Assembly: GCA_020847755.1 (NCBI GenBank)
Contig: JADLBK010000018.1
Location: forward strand, 1 to 58,227
DNA length: 58,227 nt
Direction of reading: 5' to 3'
DNA from: Flavobacteriales bacterium
GTDB lineage: Bacteria > Bacteroidota > Bacteroidia > Flavobacteriales_F > PHOS-HE28
Made by a program: the position numbers and the translations under genes. This document shows positions 19,463-27,130 of this stretch, piece by piece. Numbering within the stretch: position 1 is the stretch's first letter; each line of letters starts with the position of its first letter. A model generated the notes under the pieces. It saw nothing but the letters and a program-made list of their open reading frames with translations. It was not told the origin of the DNA and did not search any database.

Positions 19463-19746
19463 CACCGGAAGAGATAGAAGGTCTGAAGTCCTATTTTGCC
19501 ACCAAGCCGGTGGTGAACGCGTACCTCTTTGGTTCGTTCGCACGCGGCGATGCCGATGAGAAGAGCGATGTGGACATCCTTGTCGATCTGGACCGTACTG
19601 TTCCGTTCGGCCTCGGTTTCTTCGGCATGATCGGCGACCTGCAGGAACTCCTGGGCAGGCAGGTTGACGTGGTCACGCGCGAGGCGCTATCGCCGCATGT
19701 GGAGAAGTACGTGGAGCGCGACCTACTTCCCATCTATGCGCGATAG
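19453..19746 (+). CDS. Nucleotidyltransferase (MNT) antitoxin of a HEPN/MNT module
   Basis: 97 aa. GSFARGDADEKSDVDILVD is the minimal NTase G[SG]x9-13Dx[DE] motif. Confidence 0.85.
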   Translation: MRLTPEEIEGLKSYFATKPVVNAYLFGSFARGDADEKSDVDILVDLDRTVPFGLGFFGMIGDLQELLGRQVDVVTREALSPHVEKYVERDLLPIYAR

Positions 19747-20092
19747 GCTCGGGGATCGCATCCGTGTCCAGCACATGTTGGAATCCATCGAGATGACCGA
19801 GGGCTTCATGAAAGGCCGTTCGATGGATGACCTCTCGAAGGATGCCACGCTCCGTTTCGCGGTGGTGAAGCAGCTGGAGGTCATTGGCGAAGCGGCTTCG
19901 CGGATCACACGGGAGACATTGGATGCTGAGCCGTCCATTCCATCGAGGCAGGTTGTTCTGATGCGCCATGTGCTCGTGCATGACTACTATCGCATCGACG
20001 TTCCAACCGTCTGGAACACTGTGACGAACGATCTTGGACCGCTGAAGCAAGCATTGCTGCGGTTGCTGGGATCGCTGCCCCCCGCTCCCTGA
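19736..20092 (+). CDS. HEPN (DUF86) domain toxin
   Basis: 118 aa. Overlaps the MNT gene by 11 nt. The R(x4-6)H-like motif MRHVLVHDY is typical of DUF86. Confidence 0.85.
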   Translation: MRDRLGDRIRVQHMLESIEMTEGFMKGRSMDDLSKDATLRFAVVKQLEVIGEAASRITRETLDAEPSIPSRQVVLMRHVLVHDYYRIDVPTVWNTVTNDLGPLKQALLRLLGSLPPAP

Positions 20093-21235
20093 ATGGCCCT
20101 TCCAACCAAGCTCCCCCACGTCGGCACCACCATCTTCACGGTGATGAGCCAGCTCGCGCAGGAGTGCGGCGCCATCAACCTCAGCCAGGGCTTCCCGGAC
20201 TTTCCCATCGACGAGGCGCTGATCGATCTGGTGGAGAAGGCCATGCGCGACGGGCACAACCAGTATGCGCCCATGCCCGGCGTGCCCGCCCTGCGCGAGG
20301 CGATCGCCGCCAAGGTGCAACGCCTGTACGGCCATGCGTATGATCCGGAGACCGAGGTGACGGTGACAGCGGGCGGCACCCAGGCCATCTTCACAGCGTT
20401 GGGCGCCGTGGTGCATCCTGGCGATGAAGTGATCATCATCGACCCGGCCTACGATTGTTATGCCCCCACGGTGGAGCTGTTCGGCGGGAGGCCTGTGCAT
20501 GTGCGGCTCGGCAGCGACATGAAGTTCGATGCGGAAGCGGTGAAGGCGGCGATCACACCCCGCACACGCATGCTGATGATCAACACGCCGCACAACCCGG
20601 CGGGGACCATCCTGCGCGAGGCCGACATGCGCCGCATCGCCGACCTGCTGCGCGGCACCGACATCGTGCTGTTGAGCGATGAGGTCTATGAGCACCTGGT
20701 GTTCGAGAACGAGGTGCATGCCTCCGTGGTGCGGTACCCCGAGCTGCGCGACAGGGCCTTCGTGGTGTTCAGCTTCGGCAAGGTGTTCCACGCCACCGGC
20801 TGGAAGATGGGCTACGTGCTGGCACCGAGGGCGCTGATGGCCGAGTTCCGCAAGGTCCACCAGTTCAACGTGTTCAGCGCCAGCACGCCGGTGCAGCATG
20901 CACTTGCGAACTACCTGAAGGACCCCCTCCACTACGAAGGGGTGTCGTCGTTCTATGAGGCCAAGCGCGACCGTTTCCTGATCGGCCTGCACGCTTCGCG
21001 CTTCGAGCCCCTGGCCTGCGAGGGCAGCTACTTCCAGCTTGCGGACTACAGCGCCATCAGCGACGAGCCCGACACCGACTTCGCCAAGCGCCTCACCCGC
21101 GAGTTCGGCGTGGCCGCCATCCCGATCAGCGTCTTCTACAAGGAACCACCGCCGGGCCAGCGCATCCTCCGCTTCTGTTTCGCCAAACGGGATGATACAC
21201 TGGACGAGGCCATCGACAAGCTATGCGAGATCTGA
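20093..21235 (+). CDS. ybdL: PLP-dependent aminotransferase, methionine/glutamine transaminase YbdL-like
   Basis: 380 aa. LPHVGTTIFTVMSQLAQECGAINLSQGFPDFP...NQYAPMPG...SFGKVFHATGWKMGY (PLP lysine region). The ATG directly abuts the HEPN stop (TGAATG). Confidence 0.9.
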   Translation: MALPTKLPHVGTTIFTVMSQLAQECGAINLSQGFPDFPIDEALIDLVEKAMRDGHNQYAPMPGVPALREAIAAKVQRLYGHAYDPETEVTVTAGGTQAIFTALGAVVHPGDEVIIIDPAYDCYAPTVELFGGRPVHVRLGSDMKFDAEAVKAAITPRTRMLMINTPHNPAGTILREADMRRIADLLRGTDIVLLSDEVYEHLVFENEVHASVVRYPELRDRAFVVFSFGKVFHATGWKMGYVLAPRALMAEFRKVHQFNVFSASTPVQHALANYLKDPLHYEGVSSFYEAKRDRFLIGLHASRFEPLACEGSYFQLADYSAISDEPDTDFAKRLTREFGVAAIPISVFYKEPPPGQRILRFCFAKRDDTLDEAIDKLCEI

Positions 21236-22002
21236 AGCTCACCCTGGTGCAACGCATGCTCCACTGGGAGGATGCGGCGGCCAACCGTTCCCAGTTCCAG
21301 GAGGTCATGGCCGCGCTGCGGGGTACGACCGACCTCATCGTGCTGCCCGAGATGTTCACCACCGGCTTCAGCATGCGCAGCGCGGAGCTGGCCGAGACCA
21401 TGGACGGCGCCACCGTACGCTGGATGCGCGAACAGGCCAACACCCTGGACGCGGCCCTCTATGGCAGCGTGATCATCAAGGACGGCGGCAGGTGCTTCAA
21501 CCGCGGGCTTTTCGTGCAGCCGGATGGACAGGTCGCGGTGTACGACAAGCGCCACCTGTTCCGCTTCGCCAGCGAAACGGATCACTACAGCCCGGGGCGC
21601 GAGCGGATGATCGTGGAATGGCGCGGCTGGCGCATACTCCTGCAGATCTGTTTCGATCTGCGATTTCCGGTGTTCGCCAGGAACCGGGGCGACTATGATG
21701 CGATCCTCTACGTGGCCAACTGGCCCGAGGCCCGCCGCTTCCCCTGGAGCCAGTTGCTCATCGCACGCGCCATCGAGAACCAATGCTTTGTGGCCGGGGT
21801 CAACCGCGTGGGCATGGACGGCAAGGGCATCCACTACAGCGGGGATCGTGTGGTGATCGATCCCCGCGGTGCGGTGCTGGCCGCCGTGCAACCGTCCCAA
21901 GAAGAGGTCCTTACGACCATGCTCGACCGTGCGGGCCTTGAGGACTTCCGGACCAAGTTCCCCGTGGCGCTGGAGGCCGACGACTTCGAACTGCGCCTCT
22001 GA
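21223..22002 (+). CDS. yafV: Nitrilase-superfamily amidohydrolase, omega-amidase YafV-like
   Basis: 259 aa. LVLPEMFTTGF (catalytic Glu), KRHLF (Lys), ICFDLRFP (Cys). Overlaps the aminotransferase stop by 13 nt. Confidence 0.88.
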   Translation: MRDLKLTLVQRMLHWEDAAANRSQFQEVMAALRGTTDLIVLPEMFTTGFSMRSAELAETMDGATVRWMREQANTLDAALYGSVIIKDGGRCFNRGLFVQPDGQVAVYDKRHLFRFASETDHYSPGRERMIVEWRGWRILLQICFDLRFPVFARNRGDYDAILYVANWPEARRFPWSQLLIARAIENQCFVAGVNRVGMDGKGIHYSGDRVVIDPRGAVLAAVQPSQEEVLTTMLDRAGLEDFRTKFPVALEADDFELRL

Positions 22003-22006
22003 TCGG

Positions 22007-25000
22007 CTAGCGGATGATGGTCACGTGCCCCATGCGCTCCTGCTCCATCCCCACGCCGCCCTGCTCGTCGTCCACGAAGCGGTAGCGCATCTTCCACACG
22101 TAGACCTCGTTGGCCACCTCGGCCCCGTGCGAGGTCCCGTCCCATTGGTCCGTCGGGCTGTTGGTCTGCCAGAGCACCCCGCCCCAGCGGTCGAACACGA
22201 TGAGCTCGAGGGTGGCCACGTTCTTGCCCACCGGGCCCCAGGAATCATTGATGCCGTCGGCATTGGGGGTGAAGGTGTTGGGCACGTAGATGCTCGCCGG
22301 GCAGAACTCGTTCACCTTCACTGAATCGCGCAGCCCGCAGTTGAACGTGTTGGTGATGTCCACGAAGTACCAGCCATATGCTCCGGCCAGGATGATCTGG
22401 GAGGTCTGCCCGGAGCTCCAACCGAAGCTGGATCCCGGATTGCCGGCGTCGATCACCACGAAGTGCGGCTCCTCGTCCAGGCAGGTGAAGATCTGGTGCA
22501 CCGGCAGGCTGCTCGGCCGCGGATTGAACCCGGCCACCACCGCGTCGCTCGCGCTGCAATGGCCGTTGTCCACGGTGACCATGTAGGTGCCGTTCTGGAT
22601 CACATCGATGGTGCGAGTGACCGCTCCCGTGCTCCAGGCGTAGGTCGTACCCGGGTTCCCGGCATCGAGCGTCAGCACATCCCCCTGGCAAAGAGCCGTG
22701 TCCGGGCCGAGGTCCACCACCGGCCAGGGCACGAAGGTCACCACCGCAGCGAACGATGCGCTGCAGCCCTGAGGCGTGGTCACCAGCACCGTGTAGGTGC
22801 CGGCAGCGGTGGGTGCGATCGTGCGTGTGATGGCGCCGGTGCTCCAGGCGTAGCTGGAACCGGCGTTGCCCGCATCGAGCAGCACGGGTTCACCGGTGCA
22901 TTCGGTGACGTCGACCAGGACATCATCCGGTCCGGGTAGCACGGTGAGCGTCACGCTGTCCGACGCCTGGCAGGCGATGTTGCTGACCACCACGGCGTAG
23001 GTGCCGCTCTGCGCGGGGCTGATGCTCTGTGCGGTGGCTCCGGTGCTCCATAGGTAGGTGCTGCCGGGATTTCCCGCGTCGAGCACGACTCCGGAACCGG
23101 TGCAGACCACGGTATCAGGACCCAGGTCGACCTCAGGTGGGGCCACCAGGGTGACCTGGGCCTCGAAGGTGTCGCTGCAGCCCTGGGTGTTCGTCACCAG
23201 TACGCTGTAGGTACCGCTCGCGGTCACCGTGATCGACTGGCCCGTCGCGCTGGTGCTCCACAGGTAGCTGCTGCCCGCATTGCCCGCGTTCAGGGTCACC
23301 GGGGTGGTGGCGCATGCAGTGAGGTCCTGCAGCTGGTCCACAGGCAGCGGCGCGAAGGTGAGCGTGACCGCATCCGTGCTCACGCAGCCCTGGGGGCTCG
23401 TCGCGGTCGCCGTGTAGGTGCCGCTCCCGTTCGCCTGGAACTGCTGGCCCGTGCTTCCATTCCCCCACACCACCGTATTGCCCGGGCTGTTGGCTTGGAT
23501 CAGATAGGATGTGACACCGCAGAACAGGCTGTCCGGTCCCAGGTCGATCACCGGTAGCGCGTTCAGCACGACGTTGAAGGTCTTGGTGGTCTGGCAGCCC
23601 TGAGCGTCGGTGATCTCCACCACGTATGTGCCTGTCGCGTTCACTGTCACCGTTTGCGTCGTCGGACCATGGGTCCAGTCGTAGCTGCTTCCGGGGAAGC
23701 CGGCGTCAAGCACCAGGCTTTGCCCGGCACAGCCCGCGATGTTCACCGGGTTCACCATGCTGTCGAACGCATCGATGATGCGAACGGAGTCCGTCACGGA
23801 GCACCCGTTCGCATCGGTGATGGTCACTTCGAAGAGCATGGTGGTGTCGGCCATCACCGTCGGGGAGGCGATGGTTCCGGAGTTGAGCAGGAAGGCGGGG
23901 GTCCAGGCGATGCTGAACGGCGCGGGCACGTTGTGCTGCACATCGAGCTGGAACCCGAGCGCATTGCACAGCGTGGTGTCCTCCGTGGCGGCGATGCTGT
24001 AGGCCGTGGTCACGGCGATGGTGATCGAGGCCTGCGCGCTGCAGCCGGTCTGTGTGTCGGTGAGGGTCGCCGTGTAAGTGGTGGTGGTGCCCGGGGTGGC
24101 CACCGGCGTGGGTGACGTGGCGCTGCTGAGGCTGCCGGCGTTGTTCCACACGAGCTGCAGTGTGCCGGTGCCCTGGATCACGGCGTTCAGTTGGCTGCTC
24201 TCGCCCTGGCAGAGGGTGAGGTCGCTCGCGCTCAGAACGAGGCCCAACGGAGGACCCACCGCGACCGTCACCGCATCGCTGGCGGTGCACCCGATGTTGT
24301 TGGTGGCCGATGCCGTATAGGTCGTCGTGGCCGATGGGCTCGCGACGGGCCCGGAGATGCTGCTGTTGTTCAGGCTGCCGTTGTTCGGGGTCCAGCTCCA
24401 TTGGATGCCCTGGCCGGAACTGGCGGTGGCCTGCAGCTGGGTGGATCCGCCGCCGCACAGGAGCACGTCGCTGCCCGCGTTGATGGTGAAGGCCGGAGCG
24501 ACCTGGATGAACACGGGATCGCTGAACGTGCAGCCGGTCCCACTGGTGACCTGCACGGTGTACCAGGTGTCGGCCGGAGGGGTGGCCACCGGACTGGCGC
24601 TTGTCGGGTCGTTCAGTGTGGCACCGGGCGACCACAGCAACGGAACCCCGGTGTTGTCCACTCGTGTCAGCGTCACGTTGTCCAGCGCCCACACGTCCTG
24701 TGCGGCACCGCTGTTGGCCAGCTGTCGCCAACGGAAGTGCGTGGCGGCGGACCATGCGGCGGGCGGAATGGCGAGCGTGATCGGGGTGAAGACCGGATAC
24801 TGCGCCTCGTTCAGCGTGTGGAACGCGGTCCAGGCCACGCCGTTCAGGCTGTACTCCACCACCACGTCCTCGCCCGGCTCAGCTCCGTCGCAGGGTGCGG
24901 TGCCGGCCGAGATCATGAGACTGAAGATCAGGCTGCCACCTTGCGGAACGTTGAGCGCATTGGTGCGGGCCTGGCGTGCACCTGCGGCATTGAACAGCAG

Positions 25001-25741
25001 GGCGTTGCCGTTGACCGCGCCGCAGGTGCCGCTCACACTGCCGCCCTGGACCTGGGCCCACAGCGACGATGTACCAATGTCCAACGGATCGAACCCGATC
25101 ACCCGCTGTGTGCGCGTGCCCAATTGCACCGCTTCTCCAAGACAGATGATGCTGTCGGCCGTGGTGGCCTCCACGCTGTGCACGGTGTTCGGCGTCACCT
25201 CCACGAGCACGCTGTCCGTGGCGCTGCCACAGCCTAGCGGACTCGTCACGTTCAGCTTGAACCACGTGGTGGTCATCGGATAGGCCACCGGGTCGGGGAT
25301 GGAGGGGTTGCTCACCAGGGCCGCCGGGGTCCAGCTGAGCGTGTAGGCGTTGGGGTCCAGGTTGGGTTGTGCGCCGAGCTGCACGGGCTGATATTGGCAG
25401 ATGGTCGTGGCGTTGGCTCCGTTGGCGGTGGCCTCCACGGTCACGGGTACCTGGAGGCCCACATGGAAGGTGAACTCCAGCGGGCAGGACGAGCCGGGGG
25501 CGGTACCGGAAATCGTATAGGAATCGTTCGTCGTGGGCGTGAAGGTGTAGCTCAACCCATTGGCGAGCACCACGCCGGGTGCGCTGGCGGCCTCCCATTG
25601 CGGGTTGTCCATGGGCTCTGGCGAGGTGAGCGTCACCGGGCCGTTCACGCACAGCAGCGAGTCCTGCACCAGCACCGGCACCACCGTGGCGTTGGCGTTG
25701 AACGCGTAGCTCTCGCCCGTGCCGAAACCGGTGGCGTACAC
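22007..25741 (-). CDS. C-terminal 1244 codons of a giant T9SS type B (CHU_C) adhesin, in frame with 25814..27010 across one TGA
   Basis: Ends with a gliding-motility-type C-terminal domain (VPNTFTPNADGINDSWGP...VYVWKMRY...GHVTIIR). Eight ~70-aa CxG...LDAGNPGS.Y.WSTGA.T..I modules. The 'start' at 25741 is only a GTG in the same frame as the upstream ORF. Confidence 0.85.
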   Translation of the reverse strand: MYATGFGTGESYAFNANATVVPVLVQDSLLCVNGPVTLTSPEPMDNPQWEAASAPGVVLANGLSYTFTPTTNDSYTISGTAPGSSCPLEFTFHVGLQVPVTVEATANGANATTICQYQPVQLGAQPNLDPNAYTLSWTPAALVSNPSIPDPVAYPMTTTWFKLNVTSPLGCGSATDSVLVEVTPNTVHSVEATTADSIICLGEAVQLGTRTQRVIGFDPLDIGTSSLWAQVQGGSVSGTCGAVNGNALLFNAAGARQARTNALNVPQGGSLIFSLMISAGTAPCDGAEPGEDVVVEYSLNGVAWTAFHTLNEAQYPVFTPITLAIPPAAWSAATHFRWRQLANSGAAQDVWALDNVTLTRVDNTGVPLLWSPGATLNDPTSASPVATPPADTWYTVQVTSGTGCTFSDPVFIQVAPAFTINAGSDVLLCGGGSTQLQATASSGQGIQWSWTPNNGSLNNSSISGPVASPSATTTYTASATNNIGCTASDAVTVAVGPPLGLVLSASDLTLCQGESSQLNAVIQGTGTLQLVWNNAGSLSSATSPTPVATPGTTTTYTATLTDTQTGCSAQASITIAVTTAYSIAATEDTTLCNALGFQLDVQHNVPAPFSIAWTPAFLLNSGTIASPTVMADTTMLFEVTITDANGCSVTDSVRIIDAFDSMVNPVNIAGCAGQSLVLDAGFPGSSYDWTHGPTTQTVTVNATGTYVVEITDAQGCQTTKTFNVVLNALPVIDLGPDSLFCGVTSYLIQANSPGNTVVWGNGSTGQQFQANGSGTYTATATSPQGCVSTDAVTLTFAPLPVDQLQDLTACATTPVTLNAGNAGSSYLWSTSATGQSITVTASGTYSVLVTNTQGCSDTFEAQVTLVAPPEVDLGPDTVVCTGSGVVLDAGNPGSTYLWSTGATAQSISPAQSGTYAVVVSNIACQASDSVTLTVLPGPDDVLVDVTECTGEPVLLDAGNAGSSYAWSTGAITRTIAPTAAGTYTVLVTTPQGCSASFAAVVTFVPWPVVDLGPDTALCQGDVLTLDAGNPGTTYAWSTGAVTRTIDVIQNGTYMVTVDNGHCSASDAVVAGFNPRPSSLPVHQIFTCLDEEPHFVVIDAGNPGSSFGWSSGQTSQIILAGAYGWYFVDITNTFNCGLRDSVKVNEFCPASIYVPNTFTPNADGINDSWGPVGKNVATLELIVFDRWGGVLWQTNSPTDQWDGTSHGAEVANEVYVWKMRYRFVDDEQGGVGMEQERMGHVTIIR
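22300..23975 (-). repeat. Coding tandem repeat: eight ~210-bp (70-aa) Ig-like modules (approximate bounds)
   Basis: Recurrent LDAGNPGS(S/T)Y.WSTGA.T..I.V...GTY.V.V......C...D...V protein motif. Bounds estimated from protein positions. Confidence 0.7.
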
Positions 25742-25813
25742 ATGGATGCCCTGCGGAGCGGTGACACGGTGCGTGCCCGTGGTGATCGTGCGGCTGGCAT
25801 GCGACCAGGTGGG

Positions 25814-27010
25814 TCACGCGGCGAAGGCCGTGAAGCTGCCGGCAGGGACCACCGTACCATCGACGGCCACCTGGCCCACTACGGCGGTGGGCACCACGAG
25901 CTCCACCCGGTGGCCGGTGATCTGCGGCGAGCTCACGGTGCTGAACGTGGTGGAGGTGGTGGTGCGGTCGTCCGGTTCGATCACCACCATCGAAGGGTCG
26001 CCCGCGTTGGCGCAGTTGTACCCTTCGTAGATGACCACCACGGAGACCGGTGCCGTGGCGTTGATGCAGGCGGTGCCCGCCAGTCCGTTGATCTGATGCG
26101 ATTGACCTGCGTTCAGCGGGATGGGCGCACCCCCGTTCACCGTGACGTTGGTGCCGTTCTGGCCGGCGAGCACCCTCACCGTCGCGTTGGCGATCCCGCT
26201 CGGCAGGAAGGTGCGGAAACTCGTGCCCCATCGCTCCAACGGGATCATCTGTTCCACCAGATGGTCGCAGGCCGGGCAGCCCACGGGCACGTTGGCGCAC
26301 ATGCTGCCGCTGAGCACCGCGAAGGGGCGACAGGGGCCGCTCGCCGCCGTGGCGCGCACACGGGTGCCGGTGAGGTCGAGCGATGACAGGGCCGATTGCA
26401 CCTGGTAGGTCTGCCCCTGGTCCAGCAGCACCGTAAAGGGGACGCCGGCGGGCCGGCCTCCGGCCGTGTTCACGCTGGGGGTGATCTCCACCTCCGTGTC
26501 GTCCGTGGTGGCCACGACGAGCAGCTCGCTCTTGTAGAACTCGTTGAAGCCCGGCAGCCCGCGGTAGGCCTCCACAAAGTAGTCGGTGCCCAAGGCCTCC
26601 ACAGGAAGAACCTGCGTGCCATCGTGCGTGTAGCTCTGGTAGCTGATGGCGGTGACGGCCACTGGAGCGGCGGCCTGGATCCGCACACCCTTGCCGGTCA
26701 CGGTCTCGGAACCGACATGCTCGGCGGTGGTGGGCACGTTCACCTGCACCACCGCGTTCGCCGCCACGCTGAAGGCCTGGCTCCAACCGGTCTGCGGTAT
26801 GCTCACCGTACCACTGGTCGCGGTGGGCGCACTGATGTACAACCGGGTCTCCTGGGCGCCGTAGGCGTTCTGCATGAAGCCGGTCCACAGCTCCGTGCCG
26901 AGGGTCGGCATCGGGCCGTTCACCTGGGCCTCGACGGTGCTGAGCCACAGGATGGCCAGGGCGCCGAGCAGCGTCGGGCGGATGCGGAAGATGGGGGTCG
27001 GGGCGGTCAT
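25814..27010 (-). CDS. N-terminal part (signal peptide + IgGFc-binding-like N-terminal domain) of the same adhesin, ending at an in-frame TGA
   Basis: Start taken at MTAPTPIFRIRPTLLGALAILWLSTVEAQ (ATG 27010). Collinear with residues ~30-420 of the 27131..31735 paralog. TGA at 25816-25814. Confidence 0.8.
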   Translation of the reverse strand: MTAPTPIFRIRPTLLGALAILWLSTVEAQVNGPMPTLGTELWTGFMQNAYGAQETRLYISAPTATSGTVSIPQTGWSQAFSVAANAVVQVNVPTTAEHVGSETVTGKGVRIQAAAPVAVTAISYQSYTHDGTQVLPVEALGTDYFVEAYRGLPGFNEFYKSELLVVATTDDTEVEITPSVNTAGGRPAGVPFTVLLDQGQTYQVQSALSSLDLTGTRVRATAASGPCRPFAVLSGSMCANVPVGCPACDHLVEQMIPLERWGTSFRTFLPSGIANATVRVLAGQNGTNVTVNGGAPIPLNAGQSHQINGLAGTACINATAPVSVVVIYEGYNCANAGDPSMVVIEPDDRTTTSTTFSTVSSPQITGHRVELVVPTAVVGQVAVDGTVVPAGSFTAFAA

Positions 27011-27083
27011 GTCCACCGAAGAGCGGGGTGGTTCGCGCCGTGCATACGCGATCCGCCGCTCAAGGTTCCTGGCCCGGAACGGC

Positions 27084-27110
27084 GAAGGGCCGGGAGAACC
27101 CCGGCCCTTC
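27084..27110 (-). terminator. Terminator-like hairpin between the two adhesin paralogs
   Basis: Perfect 10-bp stem GAAGGGCCGG/CCGGCCCTTC with a 7-nt loop, 21 nt downstream of the stop at 27131. Confidence 0.5.
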
Positions 27111-27130
27111 ACAACGATGTGCGTCGTGCG

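Noticed and set aside
18382-20092. Classical integron or integrative element explanation for the TA cassettes
   Set aside because: No intI-type integrase, attI/attC-like imperfect palindromes, transposase or tRNA target is visible. The repeated units are gene 5' fragments, not attC sites. I therefore report it as an uncharacterised cassette array.
22300-23975. Regularly spaced ~210-bp repeats that could be mistaken for a CRISPR-like or satellite array
   Set aside because: The repeats are in-frame coding modules of the adhesin (a 70-aa Ig-like unit). They are far longer than CRISPR repeats, have no unique spacers, and no cas genes are nearby.
25741-25816. Selenocysteine insertion at the TGA that aligns with Cys in the paralog
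   Set aside because: I could not fold a convincing SECIS-type hairpin in the ~40 nt downstream. The protein is a secreted adhesin, not a redox enzyme. The partner Cys of the paralog is Ala here. No selA/selB/selD genes are in the window. This remains a remote possibility and is noted in the finding.
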